Assembly (NCBI GenBank): GCA_053919585.1
Contig: CM132797.1
DNA length: 64,000 bases
Direction: 5' to 3' (one strand)
Source of the DNA: Euprymna scolopes
Lineage: Eukaryota
The position numbers and the translations under genes were made by a program. Below are positions 1-12,500 of the stretch, one piece after another (position 1 is the first letter of the stretch; the number at the start of each line of letters is the position of its first letter). The notes under the pieces are model-generated. The model was not told the origin of the DNA and did not search any database. It saw nothing but the letters and a program-made list of their open reading frames with translations.

Positions 1-487
1 GTTGCGCTAAAAATTGTTGAGTCATTTTTGTCTGTTCCTGGATGCTAAGGGCTAGAGCCTTAGTTAACTCTGCTAATTGTTCCATGTTAGCTTCTAGTAC
101 AAAAATGTCTTTTCGAATTCTACACAATAATTCCAAAGAAAAATCGTAAATTTACGTATATCGTAAATTAGTAGCAATATGCAGACACAACACGTTTCAA
201 CAAAGTTCATCCATAGTAATTCAACAGGCTTTGTAAAATAATTCTTTTTTTTTTTTTTTTTTTTTTCAACAACGTAAGTTCATACACAAAATATTTCTTA
301 CTTCCCACGACAAATAGTTCCAATTATTTATATAAAGGCAATAACAAACAATTAATTTTCAAAAAAAAAAAAAATATATGGCTGCCGTTCCCACGTGGCA
401 TAAAATGGTACAATAGTCATTGTATTTATATTTTTTCTTTCGAAACTCGTACTCCTTTAGTGTAGTTTCGAATTCAACTTGCGACCA

Positions 488-518
<31 letters not shown>

Positions 519-1049
519 GTCAAAATAAATATAAATTCCACTTTACCTTGAACATGTTTCTATAATTTCTTGTGAGTTCTTTACGAAGAAAAATCCGTAC
601 TTTTCGCTACTTTAGGTAGGAAAAATTTTTAAATTCATTGACGCACGTGGTCAAAAATCCTTGTGTAGTTTGTTTTTTTCGTAAAACAAAAAATCCTTGC
701 ATTGTACACAGTCCTTGGTACGGTAATTTATCTCTGTTAAGAGAAAGAACATCCTTTCGTCGCCATTGTTATATTCCTAAATACTTAGGAAATAAAGACA
801 AACGTGAGTTACACCGAGTGGTATGTGTAATGGGGTTTATTTATAATACAGAAACGTAAGGCTGCTCGCCTAAGGTAAATAGAAGTACATAGTAACAAGT
901 ATGGGGAAGAAAGTCTGATAATCAACACGTAAGACTATCCGTCTTACTGCGACTGCTTGTCTGCCGCTGTCTGCCGCTGTCTGCCAAACAGTCCAATATA
1001 TATATACAGTTTGTAACCGGTGTATAGCCAGTTATGTTCCTTCACAACA
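1..1049 (-). mobile_element. 5' end of a Ty3/Gypsy LTR retrotransposon (Mag-like): 5' LTR 767-1049, PBS about 750-765, leader, start of a gag-like ORF at 85 running off the window
   Basis: On the minus strand, a 283-bp block TGTTG...TAACA contains a TATA-like run and AATAAA. One nt later comes TGGCGACGAAAGGATG, complementary to a tRNA-Ser(GCU)-type 3' end. The ORF MEQLAELTKALALSIQEQTKMTQQFLAQ begins at 85. Confidence 0.75.
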
Positions 1050-1066
1050 ATTATCAATCACATTAC

Positions 1067-1132
<66 letters not shown>

Positions 1133-1169
1133 AAGTGATGGTTGTGTAGTTCCAACGAGAGAAAAAATG

Positions 1170-1303
1170 TATATTTAAAAGAGTGTAGCCATCAACAATT
1201 GTGGTTTTTTTTTAAAAGGTTTTCATCATATTTTTATTTTAAAATAAAAATATGATGAAAACCTTTTAAAAAAAACCCACAATTGTTGATGGCTACACTC
1301 TTT

Positions 1304-1311
<8 letters not shown>
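1170..1311. repeat. Near-perfect spacerless palindrome (about 71-bp arms) between (TA)n tracts
   Basis: Arms are reverse complements about the centre 1240/1241, with one mismatch. Confidence 0.9.
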
Positions 1312-1341
<30 letters not shown>

Positions 1342-1344
<3 letters not shown>

Positions 1345-1955
1345 CTTGGCCTAACATTTGCAAGCAATATGAACGAGAACAAATACATAGAGGACATTGC
1401 AAAGGCTGCTGCAAAGAAGGTTGGTTCCCCTTAATTGAGCTAGAGGACTACTCACGCCTGAGAGTATCCTGTACCTTTACAAGGCCACCATTCGCCCACG
1501 CATGGAGTATCGTTGCCATATCTGGGCTTGTGCATCTACCACTAGTCTCTCCCCCTCTTAGATAAAGTCCAAAAAAGAGTTGTCAATCTAATCGGTCCCA
1601 CTTTATCAACTAAGCTCCAGCCCCTCTCCCATCGCCGCAATGTTGCATCACTGTGTCTGTTTTACTTGTACCCCCTCAACGTACATATCCCCAACAAATC
1701 CGCTTAGCAATAAGATCTCACCCCTTCAATGTTGTTGTTACTAAATGCCAGAAAGCTTTTTATTCTAATAGTTTCTTCCCTCGAACAGCTAGACTTTGGA
1801 ATTCCCTTCCTGCTGCCTGCTTCCCTGGCTGTACTGATTTGCAGAAGTTTAAATGTAACATAAACAAATATCTTGTTAATCTTTCCTAGATATGGCCCCA
1901 AATAGTAGCCTCTTACGCCCAAGTGACGGTATATTTTGTAAGGGTGAACATGAGT
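1342..1955 (+). mobile_element. CR1 (Zenon-like) LINE 3' fragment, subfamily B
   Basis: Decayed IRPRMEYRCHIWA and [32 protein letters not shown]; 3' UTR tagtagcc...gggtgaa. Confidence 0.85.
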
Positions 1956-2139
1956 ATATATATATGTAGACATATATTAATATATACATATATTAATACA
2001 TACATATATTAATATATACATATATATATATATATTAAACAGATTATTTTTCTCACCATACTTGATGCATGCACGGTTTTTATCTCTAATATTAAACTTG
2101 TTTATTTAGAACAGAGCAAAACTTTACTTAACATTCTCA

Positions 2140-2331
2140 TCCATGCAGGGGCATAGAAGTACCTGTTGTAGAAACCAGGCACATGGTTAACCGTTTTGGA
2201 GTGAAAGCCCTATAGATCTTGTTATGTCACTCATCTAAGAGAAAGAAAACTCTGATATTTAAACTGGGGGAGGGACGCCTCCTCAGTCATCGACAAACTT
2301 TCTAGAGTTGGTGACTCAAACAAATTCTTCA
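2140..2331 (+). mobile_element. RTE-type LINE/SINE 5' fragment
   Basis: ctaagagaaagaaaactctgatatttaaac resembles RTE 5'-UTR sequence; recalled similarity only. Confidence 0.3.
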
Positions 2332-3618
2332 GTTTTGCGGTTTTTCACTTTTTATTTCAGATGAACACATCCCACCTGAAATAAAAATTTATTGATCAAA
2401 ATAAACATCATCAGATTCAACACACTTTTGCCAATACAAAACAAGTGTATTTATGTCAGTAATGTAAAAATCTTGCGTTCTGGTGGCGATGAAATCGTTG
2501 AAAGTGTTTTTGATATCGCTTAGGTTTGAAGCATTTTTCATGCAGAAAGTTGTTGAGATGTTTCAAAAAGTGGTAGTTGGTAGGTGAGAAGTCTGGAGAG
2601 TATGGCGGATGAGCAGAGTTTTGTAGCCCAATTTGTTTAACTTTTGCAGGGTCAGTTTAGCAATGTATGGTCGGGCATTGTCGTAGACGAGAATTGGGTC
2701 TTTTCTGTTGACTAATACTGGGTGTTGTTGTTGAAGTTTCTCATGCATTTCGTCCATTTGTTGACAGTACTTCTCGTCTGTAATGATTTCATTTACATTT
2801 TAAAAACCTGTAATGAATGAGATCGGTCGCAGACCACCAAACAGTCAACATGGCCTCCTTTTGGTGCAACTTTGGCTTCGGGAAGTGTCATGGAGCTTCG
2901 TCAGCATCTAACCACTGAACTGAGCGTTGTTAGTTGTCAAAAAGAACCCACTTTTTTATCGCAAGTCATAATCCATTCAAGAAACGGGTTATTCTTGTTG
3001 CATAAAATAAGGGACACTTTATAACAGAATTTCTTTTGTCTGTTGTTCAATTCGCGAGGCACCCATTTCTCAAATTTTTTGTCATCCCAATGTCTCTCAA
3101 GTGGTTTAAAATCGTTGTATACATTACATCTAATTCAGAAACAAGCCCCTCCCCATGTTAAGAATGGCTTTTTAAATAATAACGTTATTATTTCAGCATG
3201 GATTGGCTTTGACTTAGGCTCTTAACTGGCATCATCTGATGGCCGACCACTATGCTCTTCATCTTCAAGATTCTGTCGCCACCACAAAATTTCCTAGACC
3301 ACCTTTGTGCTGTATGTTCAATAGTGGTTTCTGGGCCAAATGCTTCAATGATATGGTGAGCTGTTTCATTAGCTTTTCGGCCTAGCTTGAATTGGAATAA
3401 GAAAATTGTGTGAATTTGCTTTTTTTTCATCTTGTATCCAACGTTCTGAAAAAGAAGACAATTGTTTTAAAACGATTGTAATTTAAACGATTAGATAGAG
3501 CGAAAAACGTTCTTTAAAATGATATATAAATTAAAGGTATTATAACGAAAACTTATTTGAAAATAGATAATTTGAAATCAAAATCTAAAATTCCGCAAGA
3601 ACCTTTTTGTCAACCTAA
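2332..3618 (-). mobile_element. Decayed mariner transposon (cecropia/Hsmar1-like)
   Basis: Minus-strand fragments KKQIHTIFLFQFKLGRKANETAHHIIEAFG, LVNRKDPILVYDNARPY and WQKCVES. TIR-like end TTAGGTTGACAAAAAGGTTCTTGCGG at 3618; the other TIR is truncated. Many frameshifts. Confidence 0.9.
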
Positions 3619-3809
3619 CATTATGGATGCAATAGACTTTGTCATTGCTTAAGATTTTGCTTTTTTTATATAATTACGTCGGTGTCAGCGACTAAAATAA
3701 ATAAATAATCATAAATAAAGTTCATATGATTATATTTTGTTATTACTTTTTTGACTTTTTTTGACTTTGCCTTTTCCCACTACATATCTTTTCTGTCCTT
3801 ATTCACGTA

Positions 3810-3812
<3 letters not shown>

Positions 3813-3888
<76 letters not shown>

Positions 3889-3982
3889 TTAGTTGTTAAA
3901 ATTACATTCTGAAAATCAAAATATAGACACATATATTCGAGTTAAGAATTTATTGTTTGACAAAAGGAATATATCGAAGGGG

Positions 3983-4054
<72 letters not shown>

Positions 4055-4082
4055 CCCCTTCTATGTATTCCTTTTGTCAGAG

Positions 4083-4138
<56 letters not shown>
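3813..4138. repeat. Microsatellite cluster: (TA)n, (TA)n inside an inverted repeat (3958-4079), (TAA)n
   Basis: Seen directly. Confidence 0.95.
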
Positions 4139-4139
<1 letters not shown>

Positions 4140-4759
4140 CAAACAAAAAAGAAAAAAATCACAAATACATTTGTCAAGAATAGATTCTGAAATGTTTTTC
4201 CCTGATGACATATGTATAAATATCTGCAACAGAGAGATGCAAGTTTCAAGTCATGAATGCATAAGTTCAGTCATCATAACAATGCAATTTGCAATCCCCT
4301 CTGATTCATTCAGGTGGAATAAAAAATAGGAGGCATTACTTTTGGAACGCTGTCATGAATATACAATGTGAGTTATTTGCATTTTGTTTTTTTGTTTACA
4401 ATCACACTAAGTCACAAATACAGTTGTCAGAATAGAGTCCCAAATGGTTTTTCCTTATGACATATAAACTTGCGATTTAATTCTTAGCATATAGAAACTG
4501 CATTTTGTCTAAGGAGGTATCTTCCCACTCCTACTTCAATCACACAAACTGCACCAGAGCTATTTCCGTTTGCAACCAGGTCATCCTGACATGTATTTTT
4601 GTAATCCTCACCAAAATTCATACTAGTTTACATAATCTATAATTACTGGTTTAGGGTCCCAATATATAACAATAATGCAATTCAGCTATTTTCAGAAACA
4701 ATAACTTATTTATAAAAAAAACAACATTAAATCCACTAGAATATATTTCAGTTCCTTAT

Positions 4760-5064
4760 CAAATGTCGATCGATGCCTCCGTTCAGTCTTGAAAGACAAA
4801 GGATACCCCCTGTAGGGGCAGCTGCGCATGTAATTGTGAGGCAAGGGTCACGCAATCCCTAGCCACACCTCTCCTGAATCGACACTGTTTGGGTCCAGTG
4901 GCAAGAAGAAGACCAGGACGACTGGAAACAATGACGAGATAAACAAAGAGCACATACAGCACCTGGTATTCCCAAATGGTCACCCATTTAGTACTGACCA
5001 GGCTCAACGTTGCTTAACTTTGGTGATCCAGTGGGAACTGGTGTGTCAACGTGATTATGCCAGA
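4760..5064 (-). mobile_element. 5S rRNA-derived SINE (SINE3-like); 5S head about 4952-5064
   Basis: Minus strand reads ...aaagttaagcaacgttgagcctggtcagtactaaatgggtgaccatttgggaataccaggtgctgta, a diverged 5S with box A/C, followed by a non-5S body. Confidence 0.75.
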
Positions 5065-5399
5065 TTTGTCAAATAAATCAACAATTTAATAGACTACAAT
5101 AATGGTGCAACGAAACAGAGAAATAATCAGACACGATCAGCTGTAAGGAAATGGTTGCACATGATCCTAGAACCATCTGAGTACGAGACAAAGTCGATTA
5201 TACAAAGTTAAACACTATAAGGAGCCCAAAATGGTTGAATAAAAGAAGATGGATATTTTGCTCAAGAGTTTTTTTTTTTTTTGACGTCATATCATTCATG
5301 TGTGTATGGCGAGGAATTCATTAGTTTTTAAGGATAGTTTCATGACAGCACTCTGCAGATTTGGATCAACTGGGTTCCATTGGTTTATTAAAAAAATCT

Positions 5400-6493
5400 G
5401 ACCCTTTTAAAAGATGACGGTCGCTTTCGATTCAGTTTCGCTTTTATACGAAAAACAAACAAACATGCGAGAGGATGGAATAGCGTGAATTTTATAAAAG
5501 TTGATCAAAATAAATCTAGAAACGAGGTCCCTTCGCAAATCGTAGATATTATAATCTAGGAAGTATATAAAAAGTTCTAAAGAATAGTAATCCCTCTGAG
5601 AATCCACACGAAAAAAGCCTTTGCTGGACATACAAAAATGCGCGCCATTTTGTTTTTTATATGTGCAGACAATATGCGTTTTTGCATTTTGATTTTGTAC
5701 GTTTGTAAACATTGACTACTACATGTTTTTCGGATTGTTGTCGTTTATCTTTGCTGTTGTTGAATAAGAAGAAAGAAGAAGAACTTCTGCTGCTTATGTG
5801 AAGAGCTTATGTGTCTTTGTCGTCAGTGAAGAAAAGAAAATAACCCCGCAGAAGTGTGTGTTCTTTCAACTTAAAATAATTTACATGATTGAAATAGGAA
5901 TTAATTACCTAAATACATCTTTCAGTCACGTAAATTATAAATACATCCCTTTTATGGCCTATCTTTGTGAAATGTGCGTAGGCGGCTTAAAACATGAAAT
6001 GGCATTGTAGCTGAAATTTGTCACACCCTAGCATAACCTAAGTTCGAACCTGCGCAAAACCCCATTTTAGTTAATTTAAGCGATAATCTCTTTTGATATC
6101 ATTTACCGCATACAGACATCAGAATAAAATTCTGACAAAAACAAACAAACAAAAAACAAACAAAAAAAAGCTAACAATTTCCTCGCGTTAAAAATATACG
6201 GATCGGTAGAGAATTCTACTGCGTTTGCTATAAATTATTTGTTGTTTTTATTTCCGATTTACAAAATCTTGACACGTAACTATTCTGAACTTTACTCAAC
6301 AAAACAAATGCAAAAAAAGAAGTAAAGTATTTAAAAAAAATAAAAATAAAAAAATAATACAACGACGACGACGACGACGGCAATTAAAACAAGAACGATA
6401 GTCGCTCGTGTTACGGAATTAGAGTGATCTCCCTTATTTTAGAATTCTCCTATTTGCCACGTTCACGCAGGAATCGTATGCGCTTGAGCCAAA
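5400..6493 (+). promoter_or_regulatory. Putative SCFD1 promoter / 5' region
   Basis: No recognisable TE and visibly more CpG than the flanks, directly upstream of the ATG. YY1-like CGCCATTTT near 5643 and GCCACGT at 6456-6462. The TSS cannot be determined from sequence. Confidence 0.5.
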
Positions 6494-6524
6494 ATGTCAG
6501 CCTCCTTGCGAGAAAAACAAACAG
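6494..6524 (+). CDS. SCFD1: SCFD1 exon 1, coding part ([10 protein letters not shown])
   Basis: aaaATG context, donor G|GTAAGA. Resembles the Sly1 N-terminal S-(I/L)-R-E-(R/K)-Q-T motif, and phase 1 joins exon 2. Confidence 0.88.
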
Positions 6525-9500
6525 GTAAGATCACTAACTTATCTGGGCCTTCCTCTTCGACTGGCGCTATATAATCCCATGTTTAACCAAGCGACACTTT
6601 CTTACTTGAATTATTCGCCAAACACGATAGACTTGTTTCGGTTTTCAGCTGTCATTTATGCTTTTTTCTCGTTAACGAATCGAAGAGGTGTGTACAAAAA
6701 ATGGGTTTGTTTTGAATCTAAAAACCTAAAACTGAGCTTTGAAACCATTTTAGAAATAATAAAAAAACCCAACAGATTGATTAGAATTTACTAAAAATCT
6801 CACTGAAATATTACATTGTCTTCAAATATTTATTTGTTAATCCCGTATTTAAATTGGATTCAGGTTAAGTGACATTTCCTCTTTCCATGTTGTCCATCTG
6901 GATATATATTTCGTATTTTTATGTTCAGGAAATCGTCTTAAACTAATATTTTGGGTAAAATATCCCTTAATATTTTCACCTTCCCCCTTTTCAAATGGTA
7001 TATTGGTTAATTCCTATTTCAATCACCTAAATTATTTAGAGGTTTCGATAATACTAAACAACTGTTTTTGTATACTTGAACCATGTTCGGCACTTCTGCA
7101 GTTTAACATTCACAGGCAAATTTAGAAAGCCATTCTTAACATGGAGAGCGGTAGTGTTGCTAATTCTTACGTTACACGGACGGAACCCTTCTAAAATAAA
7201 AACAATTTGCTTGTCGACGGTAACCTGCACTAGTACCCCAAACCCCATGTTCTCGTAAAAAAACGCACAACATTTAAAGGCACTAAATTATACATGTTCA
7301 CTAGACAAAAACAACAATAAAAAAACAAAAACGCCATGTCTGAACAGAGGCAAGCTAAGGAAGAACGATAACTAAACGTTATACTTTTTTTGTAGACGTT
7401 ACTATGGCGACATAAATTATTTTAAAGAAGATAAATTTGGGATATTAGTCAAAAACGATTTATTTTTGGTTATCTACCCCTATGTGACATATTTTTGGTT
7501 ATCTATCCCTATGTGACATATTTGTGTTAAAAAAATTAATAGAAAATATAAGCATGTTAAGTTACTATAATTATTAGATGTGAGTAAAATAAGGAGTCCA
7601 GTCCAGTACCTTACTTCCTAAAAGAACAAATGTCTGACCTTTCATTAATTTAATCACAACTAATATTTACGATAACTTAACATGCTTATATTTTTTATTA
7701 AATGTTTTAATATAAATACATCTCAGAGGAGTAGGTAAACCAAAATGTTTTTGAATAATGTCTTTGTTTTTCTTCTAAAATAATTTGTCACCAATAGTAA
7801 CCTTTATCCTTTTCTACTCCTAGGATTGGGTTACGAACTAGTTATCGTTATTCCTTAGCTAGCCTCGTTCCAGATTTGATTATAAACGTGACGTTTATAT
7901 TTTCCTGGCCTAATTTTCATTTTGTATATATGATGACAGTTTTAATATATTTTTTTTATGGTACTTGTAAGAAATGGTCATAAGAGTCCAAGTTGGTCTC
8001 AGAAAATTTACAGCAAAGAGAACCCCAAAAGCAACGAGGAAAGATGTCTCTCCTGTCTCTGTCCACTGGATGCTTAAGTAATGACTATTTTTACCGAAAG
8101 ATAACTGCTGACAGACCTTTGACATTTTGAAGAACTCTCTATATTTCATTTCTTCACTTGCACATTGTCCAACTTATTTCCACCGATACCCAACGGTGTA
8201 GGTAATTAAATACTTTTGTTGTTATGAAAGAAAGTTTTGTTTTTCCTTTCATGCAACAGTTTTTATTACATGCCACTAATACGTAAACTTATTTATTCAT
8301 CTGCGGACTATTATCCTCATCTTCATAGTTGTTGTTTTACCATGTTTCAGCCAACTATTCCTCTAGCCTTCTTCAGATGGTTAACTACAACGGGACTGGA
8401 ATGCTGAGTCTCTTAACTGTATCCTCAGTAATTGCTGTCTTTCATAGTTGGTGCGTAGGATTGAAACCGCTATTTTCAGACAATGCTCACCTGAATCCAT
8501 GGAGATTCAACGCCTCTATTCACTGCACTATGGACGCACTGGATAGAGATGTTGAATCTCGATGATTTGAATCCTACCCAAAGCAGGCCAGAGGATCAGT
8601 TGGTCAAAACGTGGTGAGACAACAACAACTATGGAAGGCAGTAATTACTGAGGATACAGTTAAGAGACTCAGCATTCCTATCCTGTCACAGTTAACCACC
8701 TGAAGAAACCCAGAGGGATAGTTGGCTGAAACGTTGTGAAACAACAACTATTGTTAAGTTTTGAGACATTGTGTTGAACCAAGGTGGCGGTGTAGTTCAG
8801 ATCAGTAACCAAGATGGCGGCGTAGTTCAAATCAGTAACCAAGATGGCGGCGGAGAATTAAATGCGGTCCGTGACGTAGCAAACGGCGAACTGATTGAAT
8901 CCAAAATTCAACAATTTTTATTATAATTTTGTGACGTTTTCATTGGTTGTTTAGCACAGCCGTTGATTATAAAAATGATTGGCGAATCCATTCGTCTCGT
9001 ACCCCCATCACAAGTCAAAAACATTTTACAACTATAAAGATGAGGATAACAGTCTGCAAGTAAATAAATAAATAAATATACAAATTACTCCTCTCAAAGG
9101 ATTCCAATAAAAAATGATATAATACAAAGAATCTTATTTCATTTCTATAATTCTCTTCCCTTTGATTACAAAATCAAACGTTCATGTTTTCCGTTCTCTA
9201 AGGCACATTCTCATTTTAGAATGCACTGCAATTTCTTAGAACAGGATTTCCCAAAGTGGGTTCTGGAAGCTCTTTCTTAAAGAGGACCAAATGCTTTATA
9301 TGGAAAAATTAAATGACTGCAAACATTTAATTACTGATCTTTTTTTTACTGGAAATAGATATGATACATAACTACAGGTGTAAAGAGTTTCAGGATGGTT
9401 CATGGAAAAGAAAAGAAAAAAATAAATTAACAAAAATGCAACAATTCAATCAAAAACAAGAAAAAGGTTGTAAACATTATCATTATTTTTTGTTAAAATT

Positions 9501-12500
9501 TGAAATTAATGTTTTTCATATTTATTTTAGAAATGATCTTGCTAATGCTTTGTGAAAAACCTTTCCCCTATTCAGGGGCTCCATCGTGTCCTGAAGCTTG
9601 GGAAACCCTGTCTTAGAATAATACGATTCAGCCATTTTTAATTAATTATATCATGAAATAAAAATCTTATTCAGAAACAAAGTGATTCTGTAAAAGTCAT
9701 AAAGATTTCTTTTCGCTTGTGTGGAACTGTCCCTGCTAGGTGATTTTTTTTTTTTTTTTTTACATAGGCGTCATCACTTATCAAGGCCGATAGGCCACTC
9801 AAGGATAAGAGTTAAAGAGTGTAGAGTAGTCAAAAGGACAATATAGTAATCAATAGTAATGGAAGTTTGGTAAATTTGTTAACTTAAGTGGAACGGCTCA
9901 TCAGAAACTTGTTCACGTTGGACTTGAAAACAACTATATTATAGACAGCTGGAAAGCAGGAAAACGGAAGACAATTCCACAGGCGTGCAGTTCTAAGAAA
10001 GAAGCTTTGATCATGGAATCTGTGTTTAGGTTTAGGTACAGATAAAGAGTGGGGAAAATTATTGATAATGTTTTCAGCTAGTCTAGTGTTTCTTGTGAAA
10101 GTTTGGTGAGGGGGGACCATAGATTGAAGCTCAGTCAAACACTTTCCATGAAAATAATGATAAAGCAGAGACAAACTCGCAACATCTCTTCTGTGAGATA
10201 GAGGTTGCAGCAAAGAGAAAAGGACATCTCCCACCAGGCCACAAAGTCTATTTCGAACCCTATCAAGGCAGGACAAGTCTTTTCTAGCAGCTCCTGCCCA
10301 TATGTGGCAACAGTATTCCATCATTACACGCTGACTAATTCACTTGAAGAGCACAATGATTTCATGCCTCTTGACAGTATAAGGCCATATCTGTAGAACT
10401 GGAGACTTTGATGGTATGGTCACAATGAAAAAAAAATGAATGAGAATTCTTCGATCAGTAGACATAGAACAGTTGTAGTAGGGAGTTCGCAAAAAGATGG
10501 CAAAGCTATTGAGATTGTCAAAAAGTTTTGTTATTTTGTTAATACCATTGGAGTACAAGGTGGAATAGGTTCTGGTGTTCAGGGAACTTCTGTCTTTACT
10601 TACGAGCAGAGTGTTATCAACGTCAACCAAGGCAAGAGTCTATCAGGCATGTCTAAGCAGTATGATGCTGTTTGAAAGTAAAATCTGGCAAGAGTTGAGG
10701 ACTTGCGTTGCATGGAGAGGAATGATATAAAAATGATACAATGGACATGTAATGTTCGTTTTAAAGACTTGGTTTTGATGACTTCAACTCTCTTTCTGAT
10801 CTACACTAATGATCTTTCAAATCACATCCTTAGATCATTCGGAGACATTTTTGCTGACGACCCTACCATCTATGGTGGCACATCAAAGGTCGTAAACAAC
10901 CAAGTTCTCTCTTATTCTCTCTCCTCTGATCTTGAGCATGTGGTACAATGTGTACAAGTGACTGGTTACTTTTAATGCATCTTGGTTATTTGCATACATG
11001 CTTTAACAGCTGCTGCTACTAATATTTTCGCTAGCCAGCTATCCTTCGGCTGCTGCTGCTAATATTTTCCCACGTGCGCTTATACGTGCTCTGTTACAAC
11101 TGTAGAGGTCTGTAGATGCTAGAAAGCCTTCTACTATAATAGTTTCTTTTCTCAGATTGCTAGACTTTGGAATCCACTCCCAATTACCTGAGGTGCTACC
11201 AGATCAGGCTGTCTGAAGATATTGACTTCCTGAGACGAAATGCACCTAACATTGATGCTTTTTGTTTTTCTACTTCCTTTTGAAAAATTTAATTGTTCTG
11301 CAAAAAAAAAACCCCAACAACCCACCTTCTTCCTCCTTTTCCTTCTTCCCATTTCCCCTTCCCTTTTCTCTTTCTATCTCTCCCACTTCCTGATAGGTTT
11401 CCTAACTTAAAATGCACCAAACATTAACACTGTAACCCTTTTCCCTTTCCCATCGCAAAACTTATGTTCTGCAGAGCAGGGAAAACCCCCCAATAAAATC
11501 CACTATAAAACAATCGAACCAAACACTACAAAATAGTGATTGAAGATACCAAGAGATTGAAGAAAAAAATAACTGGGTGCAACATGAATACTATTTCCAA
11601 AATAACTGGATTCGGCATTAAATAACCCCAAAAGGGTTGATATGCCATAAAACAAAACAACCAGACAACATTACCTGTTTTCCTGAAGCACGCATAAGTT
11701 AAAATGGAATGGCTCATCTCCTTACGTAGTTTCCTTGTAGATATCGTCCCAAACAGTAGCCTCTCGTGTCCAAGTGACAATATGCCTTGCTTGAGGTGAA
11801 CATGAAATCCATGAGCTACATGTCTGACAAAGGGGAAAGACTTGCTGTATTTTAGGTTCGAATCTATTCATCTAACACTTATCGTTGGTTAGTTTTGGAT
11901 CTTGATGGGTTTTTTTAAAACTCTTTACATCAAGTGGCTTCATGCTTTGTTTGGAGTGATTTTTTTTATTTATATATTAAAAAAAAAAAATGGGGAATTA
12001 TTTTCATTTGTGCAACATTTTCAGCATAAAACAATCGAATCTATGATATTCAAACTTTTATACTTTTGACCTATTGTAGAGGAATGGATACGCGTAAGCT
12101 GTTTATAAAACACCCAATCACAATAACCGAAAAATGGTTTTATGACAGCAGTGCTACCAAAGTAAGAAATGAATATGCTGTGAGCTTCAGTAGAGAAACA
12201 TTTTACTGAAACTTGAAACATTAAAATTGGTTTTTGTAAATCAATTTCGATTTTATAAAATCAGTTTTGCACTTGATTTGCCATCATTGTTTGAAAAATG
12301 GAGCAAGTGACAAAGCAAGCGGATTACAAGAGACCCTCACTTCATTACTGTACCTGCTGTTACCATGCGTGCCATGACTCAACATAATGTTTATTTAAGA
12401 CCTGCTTTCAGTTAAGTAGCAAGTAATATTTTTTAAATATGGATTTGTGGCATGTTTAGAAAGTGGGTTTTTAACATCATTAACAAATTTGGTTTAACGT

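Larger units (their letters stand above)
8290..9120. mobile_element. Foldback Penelope-like non-autonomous repeat with hammerhead motifs, interrupted by a 279-bp insertion
   Basis: 8290-8450 is the reverse complement of 8625-8751 plus 9031-9070; same family as 20220-20583. Confidence 0.7.

Noticed and set aside
541-555. Minus-strand ATGTTCAAG|GTAAAG as the first exon of a divergent host gene
   Set aside because: Lies in the Gypsy leader; splicing to the nearest acceptor (120) hits a stop and is out of frame with the ORF at 85.
3916-4329. Homopolymeric ORFs (poly-Y, N, I, L; IYIY), also near 48250-50167, 59381 and 63463
   Set aside because: Translations of micro- and minisatellites.
4952-5064. 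Functional 5S rRNA gene (also the copies at 21342 and 28398)
   Set aside because: Dispersed and diverged, with indels in the control region and no clean oligo-T terminator directly after the head; better explained as SINE heads or pseudogenes.
5407-5712. 101-aa minus-strand ORF as a divergent gene
   Set aside because: No recognisable homology or domain, and composition typical of AT-rich non-coding DNA.
6025-6065. tRNA gene suggested by a GTTCGAACC B-box
   Set aside because: No A box or cloverleaf can be built around it.
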